From: Eledone cirrhosa
Lineage: Eukaryota
Direction of reading: 5' to 3'
Length of the DNA: 64,000 nt
Assembly: GCA_964016885.1 (NCBI GenBank)
Contig: OZ024740.1
Location: 211,234,001 to 211,298,000 of the forward strand
The notes below the pieces were generated by a model. That model was not told the origin of the DNA. It saw only the letters and a program-made list of their open reading frames with translations, and ran no database searches. A program made the position numbers and the translations under genes. Numbering within the stretch: the stretch's first letter is position 1; every line of letters begins with the position of its first letter. Shown in pieces: positions 56,401-64,000 of this stretch.

Positions 56401-59069
56401 CATGATAGAAGTTTACAATGAAAGTCTCCCATAAGTTGATAGCAGAAGGTAGCCATGATACAAGTTTAAAATGAATGCCTCCCATAAAATAATAGTAGAA
56501 GGTAGCCATGATAGAAGTTTAAAATGAAAGTCTCCCATAAGTTGATAGTAGAAAGCAGCCATGCTAGAAGTTTACAATGAATGTCTCCCATAAAATGATA
56601 GTAGAAGGTAGTCTTGATAGAAGTTTACAATGAAACTCTCCCATAAAATGATAGTAGAAGGTAGCCATGATAGAAGTTTACAATGAAAGACCACATAAGT
56701 TCATAGTAGAAAGTAGCCATGCTAGAAGTTTACAATGAATGCCTCCCATAAGTTGATAGTAGAAGGTAGTCTTGATAGAAGTTTACAATGAAAGTCTCCC
56801 ATAAGCTGATAGTAGAAGGGAGCCATGATAGAATTTACAATGAAAGTCTCCCATAAAATGATAGTAGAAGGTAGCCATGATAGAAGTTTACAATGAAAGT
56901 CTCCCATAAAATGATAGTAGAAGGTAGCCATGATAGAAGTTTACAATGAAAGTCTACCATAAGTTGATAGTAGAAGGTAGCCATGATAGAAGTTTACAAT
57001 GAAAGTCTCCCATAAAATGATAGTAGAAGGTAGCCATGATAGAAGTTTATAATGAAAGTCTCCCATAAGTTGATAGTAGAAGGTAGCCATGATAGAAGTT
57101 TACAATTAAAGTCTCTCATAAAATAATAGTAGAAGGTAGCCATGATAGAAGTTTACAATTAAAGTCTCTCATAAAATAATAGTAGAAGGTAGCCATGATA
57201 GAAGTTTACAATGAAAGTCTCACATAAGTTGATAGTAGAAGGTAGCCATGATAGAAGTTTACAATGAAAGTCTCCCATAAAATGATAGTAGAAGGTGGCC
57301 ATGATAGAAGTTTACAATGAAAGTCTCCCATAAAATGATAGTAGAAGGTGGCCATGATAGAAGTTTACAATGAAAGTCTCCCATACGTTGATAGTAGAAA
57401 GTAGCCATGATAGAAGTTTACAATGAAAGTCTCCCATAAGTTGATAGTAGAAGGTAGCCATGATAGAAGTTTACAATGAATGCCCCCCATAAGTTGATAG
57501 AGAAGGTACCCATGATAGAAGTTTACAATGAAAGTCTCCCATAAGTTATTGGTAGAATGTAGCCATGATAGAAGTTTACAATGAAAGTCTCCCATAAAAT
57601 GATAGTAGAAGGTAGTCATGATAGAAGTTTACAATGAAAGTCTCCCATAAAATGATAGTAGAAGGTAGCCATGATAGAAGTTTACAATGAAAGTGTCCCA
57701 TAAATTGATAGTAGAAGGTAGCCATGATAGAAGTTTACAATGAAAGTCCCCCATAAGTTGATAGTAGAAGGTAGCCATGATAGAAGTTTACAATGAAAGT
57801 CTCCCATTAAATGATAGTAGAAGGTAGCCATGATAGAAGTTTACAATTAAAGACTCCCATAAAATGATAGTAGAAGGTTGCCATGATAGAAGTTTACAAT
57901 AAAAGTCTCCGATAAGTTATTAGTAGAAGGTAGCCATGATAGAAGTTTACAATGAAAGTCTCCCATAAGTTGATAGTAGAAGGTAGCGATGATAGAAGTT
58001 TACGATGAAAGTCTCCCATAAATTGAGAGTAGAAGGTAGCCATGATAGAAGTTTACAATGAAAGTCTCCCATAAGTTGATAGTAGAAGGTAGCCATGATA
58101 GAAGTTTACAATGAATGCCTCCCATAAGTTGATAGTAGAAGTTAGCCATGATAGAAGTTTACAATGAAAGTCTCCCATAAGCTGATAGTAGAAGGTAGCG
58201 ATGATAGAAGTTTACAATGAAAGTCTCCCATAAATTGAGAGTAGAAGGTAGCCATGATAGAAGTTTACAATGAAAGTCTCCGATAAGTTGATAGTAGAAG
58301 GTAGCCATGATAGAAGTTTACAATGAAACACTCCCATAAAATGATAGTAGAAGGTAGCCATGATAGAAGTTTACAATGAATGTCTCTCATGAAATAATAG
58401 TAGAAGGTAGTCATGATAGAAGTTTACAATTAAAGTCTCCCATAAGTTGATAGTAGAAGGTAACCATGGTAGAAGTTTACAATGAAAGTCTCTCATAAGT
58501 TGATAGTAGAAGGTAGCCATGATAGAAGTTTACAATGAAAGTCTCCCATAAGTTGATAGCAGAAGGTAGCCATGATAGAAGTTTACAATGAAAATCTCCC
58601 ATAAATTGATAGTAGAAGGTAGTCATGATAGAAGTTTACAATGAAAGTCTCCCATAAGTTGATAGTAGAAGGTAGCCATGGTAGAAGTTTAAAATGAAAG
58701 TCTCCCTTAAAATGATAGTAGAAGGTAGCCATGGTAGAAGTTTACAATGAAAGTCTCCCATAAGCTGATAGTAGAAGGTAGCCATGATAGAAGTTTACAA
58801 TGAATGCCTCCCATAAGTTGATAGTAGAAGTTAGCCATGATAGAAGTTTACAATGAAAGTCTCCCATAAGCTGATAGTAGAAGGTAGCGATGATAGAAGT
58901 TTACAATGAAAGTCTCCCATAAATTGAGAGTAGAAGGTAGCCATGATAGAAGTTTACAATGAAAGTCTCCGATAAGTTGATAGTAGAAGGTAGCCATGAT
59001 AGAAGTTTACAATGAAACACTCCCATAAAATGATAGTAGAAGGTAGCCATGATAGAAGTTTACAATGAA
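50454..59069 (+). repeat. Second instance of the nested 81-monomer duplication inside the right-hand 12,554-bp unit
   Basis: AACCAATAAAATCATAATAG at 51075/55366; ORFs 53075/57365. Confidence 0.93.
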
Positions 59070-61399
59070 TGTCTCTCATGAAATAATAGTAGAAGGTAGT
59101 CATGATAGAAGTTTACAATTAAAGTCTCCCATAAGTTGATAGTAGAAGGTAACCATGGTAGAAGTTTACAATGAAAGTCTCTCATAAGTTGATAGTAGAA
59201 GGTAGCCATGATAGAAGTTTACAATGAAAGTCTCCCATAAGTTGATAGCAGAAGGTAGCCATGATAGAAGTTTAAAATGAAAATCTCCCATAAATTGATA
59301 GTAGAAGGTAGCCATGATAGAAGTTTACAATGAAAGTCTCCCATAAGTTGATAGTAGAAGGTAGCCATGATAGAAGTTTACAATGAAAGTCTCCCATAAG
59401 TTGGTAGTAGAAGGTAGCCATGATTGAAGTTTACAATGAAAGTCTCCCATAAGTTGGTAGTAGAAGGTAGCCATGATAGAAGTTTACAATGAATGCCTCC
59501 CATAAAATAATACTAGAAGGTAGCCATGATAGAAGTTTACAATCAAAGTCTCCCATAAGTTAATAGTAGAAGCTAGCCATGGTAGAAGTTTACAATGAAA
59601 GTCTCCCATAAGTTGATAGTAGAAGGTTTCCATGATAGAAGTTTACAATGAAAGTCCCCCATAAGTTGATAGTAGAAGGTAGCCATGATAGAAGTTTACA
59701 ATTAAAGTCTCCCATAAAATGATAGTAGAAGGTAGCCATGATAGAAGTTTACAATGAAAGTCTCCCATAAGTTGATAGTAGAAGGTAGCCATGAGAGAAG
59801 TTTACAATGAATGTCTCCCATAAAATGATAGTAGAAGGTAGTCATGATAGAATTTTATACTTAAAGTCTCCCATAAAATGATAGTAGAAGGTAGCCATGA
59901 TAGAAATTTACAATGAAAGTCTCCCATAAAATGATAGTAGAAGGTAGCCATGATAGAAGTTTACAATGAATGTCTACCATAAAATGATAGTAGAAGGTAG
60001 TCATGATAGAAGTTTATACTTAAAGTCTCCCATAAAATGATAGTAGAAGGTAGCCATGATAGAAGTTTACAATGAAAGTCTCCCATAAGTTGATAGTAGA
60101 ACGTAGCCATGATAGAAGTTTACAATAAAAGTCTCCCATAAGTTGATAGTAGAAGGTAGCCATGATAGAAGTTTACAATGAAAGTCTCCCATAAAATAAT
60201 AGTAGAAGGTAGCCATGATAGAAGTTTACGATAAAAGTCTCCCATAAAATGATAGTAGAAGGTAGCCATGATAGAAGTTTACAATAAAAGTCTCCCATAA
60301 GTTGATAGTAGAAGGTAGCCATGATAGAAGTTTAAAATGAAAGTCTCCCATAAGTTGATAGTAGAAGGTAGCCATGATAGAAGTTTACAATGAAACACTC
60401 CCATAAAATGATAGTAGAAGGTAGCCATGATAGAAGTTTACAATGAAATTCTCCCATAAGTTGATAGTAGAAGGTAGCCATGATAGAGGTTTACAATGAA
60501 ACACTCCCATAAAATGATAGTAGAAGGTAGCCATGATAGAAGTTTACAATGAAAGTCTCCCATAAATTGATAGTAGAAGGTAGCCATGATAGAAGTTTAC
60601 AATGAAAGTCTCCCATAAGTTGATAGTAGAAGGTAGCCATGAGAGAAATTTACAATGAAAGTCTCCCATAAAATGATAGTAGAAGGTAGCCATGATAGAA
60701 GTTTACAATGAAAGTCCCCCATAAAATGATAGTAGAAGGTAGCCATGATAGAAGTTTACAATGAAAGTCTCCCATAAGTTGATAGTAGAAGGTAGCCATG
60801 ATAGAAGTTTACAATGAAAGTCTCCCATAAAATGATAGTAGAAGGTAGCCATGATAGAAGTTTACAATGAAAGTCTCCCATAAAATGATAGTAGAAGGTA
60901 GCCATGATAGAAGTTTACAATGAAAGTCTCCCATAAAATGATAGTAGAAGGTAGCCATGATAGAAGTTTACAATGAAAGTCCCCCATAAGTTGATAGTAG
61001 AAGGTAGCCATGATAGAAGTTTACAATGAAAGTCTCCCATAAAATGATAGTAGAAGGTAGCATATGATAGAAGTTTACAATGAAAGTCTCCCATAAGTTG
61101 AAAGTAGAAGGTAGCCATGATACAAGTTTACAATGAAAGTCTCCCATTAAATGATAGTAGAAGGTAGCCATGATAGAAGTTTACAATGAAAGTCTCCCAT
61201 AAGTTGATAGTAGAAAGCAGCCATGATAGAAGTTTACAATGAATGTCTCCCATAAAATGATAGTAGAAGGTAGCCATGATAGAAGTTTACAATGAAAGTC
61301 TCCCATTAAATGATAGTAGAAGGTAGCCATGATAGAAGTTTACAATGAAAGTCCCCCATAAGTTGATAGTAGAAGGTAGCCATGATAGGAGTTTACAAT

Positions 61400-63850
61400 G
61401 AAAGTCTCCCATAAGTTGATAGTAGAAGGTAGCGATAATAGAAGTTTACGATGAAAGTCTCCCATAAATTGAGAGTAGAAGGTAGCCATGATAGAAGTTT
61501 ACAATGAAAGTCTCCCATAAGTTGATAGTTGAAGGTAGCCATGATAGAAGTTTACAATGAATGCCTCCCATAAGTTGATAGTAGAAGTTAGCCATGATAG
61601 AAGTTTACAATGAAAGTCTCCCATAAGCTGATAGTAGAAGGTAGCGATGATAGAAGTTTACAATGAAAGTCTCCCATAAATTGAGAGTAGAAGGTAGCCA
61701 TGATAGAAGTTTACAATGAAAGTCTCCGATAAGTTGATAGTAGAAGGTAGCCATGATAGAAGTTTACAATGAAAGTCTACCATAAGTTGATAGTAGAAGG
61801 TAGCCATGATAGAAGTTTACAATGAAACACTCCCATAAAATGATAGTAGAAGGTAGCCATGATAGAAGTTTACAATGAATGTCTCTCATGAAATAATAGT
61901 AGAAGGTAGTCATGATAGAAGTTTACAATGAAAGTCTCCCATAAGTTGATAGTAGAAGGTAGCCATGATAGAAGTTTACAATGAAAGTCTCCCATAAGTT
62001 GATAGCAGAAGGTAGCCATGATAGAAGTTTACAATGAAAATCTCCTATAAATTGATAGTAGAAGGTAGCCATGATAGAAGTTTACAATGAAAGTCTCCCA
62101 TAAGTTGATAGTAGAAGGTAGCCATGGTAGAAGTTTAAAATGAAAGTCTCCCTTAAAATGATAGTAGAAGGTAGCCATGGTAGAAGTTTACTATGAAAGT
62201 CTCCCATAAGCTGATAGTAGAAGGTAGCGATGATAGAAGTTTACAATGAAAGTCTCCTATAAATTGATAGTAGAAGGTAGCCATGATAGAAGTTTACAAT
62301 GAAAGTCTCCCATAAGTTGGTAGTAGAAGGTAGCCATGATTGAAGTTTACAATGAAAGTCTCCCATAAGTTGGTAGTAGAAGGTAGCCATGATTGAAGTT
62401 TACAATGAAAGTCTCCCATAAGTTGGTAGTAGAAGGTAGCCATGATAGAAGTTTACAATGAATGCCTCCCATAAAATAATAGTAGAAGGTAGCCATGATA
62501 GAAGTTTACAATCAAAGTCTCCCATAAGTTAATAGTAGAAGCTAGCCATGGTAGAAGTTTACAATGAAAGTCTCCTATAAATTGATAGTAGAAGGTAGCC
62601 ATGATAGAAGTTTACAATGAAAGTCTCCCATAAGTTGATAGTAGAAGGTAGCGATGAGAGAAGTTTACAATGAATGTCTCCCATAAAATGATAGTAGAAG
62701 GTAGTCATGACAGAATTTTATACTTGAAGTCTCCCATAAAATGATAGTAGAAGGTAGCCATGATAGAAATTTACAATGAAAGTCTCCCATAAAATGATAG
62801 TAGAAGGTAGCCATGATAGAAGTTTACAATGAATGTCTACCATAAAATGATAGTAGAAGGTAGTCATGATAGAAGTTTATACTTAAAGTCTCCCATAAAA
62901 TGATAGTAGAAGGTAGCCATGATAGAAGTTTACAATGAAAGTCTCCCATAAGTTGATAGTAGAACGTAGCCATGATAGAAGTTTACAATAAAAGTCTCCC
63001 ATAAGTTGATAGTAGAAGGTAGCAATGATAGAAGTTTAAAATGAAAGTCTCCCATAAGTTGATAGTAGAAGGTAGCCATGATAGAAGTTTACAATGAAAC
63101 ACTCCCATAAAATGATAGTAGAAGGTAGCCATGATAGAAGTTTACAATGAAAGTCTCCCATAAGTTGATAGTAGAAGGTAGCCATGATAGAAGTTTACAA
63201 TGAAACACTCCCATAAAATGATAGTAGAAGGTAGCCATGATAGAAGTTTACAATGAAAGTCTCCCATAAATTGATAGTAGAAGGTAGCCATGATAGAAGT
63301 TTACAATGAAAGTCTCCCATAAGTTGATAGTAGAAGGTAGCCATGATAGAAATTTACAATGAAAGTCTCCCATAAAATGATAGTAGAAGGTAGCCATGAT
63401 AGAAGTTTACAATGAAAGTCTCCCATAAAATGATAGTAGAAGGTAGCCATGATAGAAGTTTACAATGAAAGTCTCCCATAAGTTGATAGTAGAAGGTAGC
63501 CATGATAGAAGTTTACAATGAAAGTCTCCCATAAAATGATAGTAGAAGGTAGCCATGATAGAAGTTTACAATGAAAGTCTCCCATAAAATGATAGTAGAA
63601 GGTAGCCATGATAGAAGTTTACAATGAAAGTCTCCCATAAAATGATAGTAGAAGGTAGCCATGATAGAAGTTTACAATGAAAGTCTACCATAAAATGATA
63701 GTAGAAGGTAGCCATGATAGAAGTTTACAATGAAAGTCCCCCATAAGTTGATAGTAGAAGGTAGCCATGATAGAAGTTTACAATGAAAGTCTCCCATAAA
63801 ATGATAGTAGAAGGTAGCATATGATAGAAGTTTACAATGAAAGTCTCCCA
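61400..63850 (+). repeat. Older, more diverged paralogue of the 45.4-48.5 kb / 58-61 kb segment
   Basis: Same ordered markers (GCGAT, TTGAGAG, CCTTAAAATG, TTGGTAG, ATCAAAG, TATACTT, GTAGCATATG) but with extra substitutions and monomer gains/losses. ORF left ends 60915/63672 are offset by 2757=52x53+1. Confidence 0.8.
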
Positions 63851-64000
63851 TAAAATGATAGTAGAAGGTAAACAAGATAGAAGTTTACAATGAAAGTCTC
63901 CCATAAGTTGATAGTAGAAGGTAGCCATGATAGAAGTTTACGATGAAAGTCTCCCATAAGTTGATAGTGGAAGGTAGCCATGATAGAAGTTTACGATGAA

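Larger units (their letters stand above)
36200..61303 (+). repeat. Near-identical tandem duplication, period 12,554 bp (237 monomers minus 7 bp), 2 copies
   Basis: ORF pairs 37451/50005, 40521/53075, 44168/56722, 44811/57365 and 48361/60915 are all offset by 12554, as is the marker TAAGCTGATATTAGAACGTACCC at 36251/48805. Internal indels (-3, five x -1, +1) sum to -7, matching 237x53-7. Confidence 0.95.
331..64000 (+). repeat. 53-bp tandem satellite array, main orientation (~1,200 monomers, runs off the right edge)
   Basis: Uninterrupted head-to-tail copies of GATAGTAGAAGGTAGCCATGATAGAAGTTTACAATGAAAGTCTCCCATAA(GT/AA)T. Monomer counted as 53 nt (A20 G12 T14 C7 for the GT class), typically 0-3 substitutions per copy; no non-repeat insert seen. 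Confidence 0.99.

Noticed and set aside
1477-63928. All 26 minus-strand ORFs (MATFYY...MGDFHCKLLSWLPST...)
   Set aside because: They are translations of the 53-bp monomer cycling through three frames. They exceed the length cut-off only where an indel or substitution removes a recurring stop, and they recur exactly at the duplication offsets. No recognisable domain.
331-64000. CRISPR array or repeat-spacer guide array
   Set aside because: No unique spacers: the variable positions are point variants of one consensus and are inherited in duplicated blocks. No leader or cas-like gene in the window.
331-64000. Telomeric repeat, CENP-B box or assignment to a named satellite family
   Set aside because: No TTAGGG/TTTAGGG-type runs or CENP-B box in the monomer. 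I do not recognise the family and cannot run a database search.
331-64000. GATA-like (TGATAG) motifs twice per monomer as regulatory sites
   Set aside because: Short motifs are expected in an AT-rich repeat; no gene context supports a regulatory call.
331-64000. Order of GT/AA monomer classes as an information-bearing code
   Set aside because: The order is accounted for by local duplication and deletion history; I saw no independent periodicity or sign of read-out.

Overview
The whole 64 kb window is one AT-rich (about 35% GC) tandem satellite array of a 53-bp monomer, consensus GATAGTAGAAGGTAGCCATGATAGAAGTTTACAATGAAAGTCTCCCATAA(GT/AA)T, about 1,200 copies. I see no genes, RNA genes, transposons or unique sequence, and all listed ORFs are translations of the repeat. 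I cannot name the satellite family or organism; the architecture resembles eukaryotic (peri)centromeric or heterochromatic satellite (inference). Three kinds of structure stand out. (1) An orientation switch at 330/331 is the centre of a near-perfect fold-back palindrome: 305-bp visible arms, 3 mismatches, 24-nt spacer, 2-nt TA microhomology. (2) Local higher-order duplications occur in whole-monomer steps (41-, 24-, 59-, 30-, 29-mers, and a nested 13-mer, 81-mer and 237-mer of 12,554 bp), and private variants order them in time. (3) An internal 9-bp quasi-palindrome appears to template mutations, including a four-substitution variant (GGGAGTGTT) that is the exact in-register reverse complement of another variant (AACACTCCC). 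I found no evidence of a new protein-coding system. Block boundaries were read by eye and are approximate to about one monomer.
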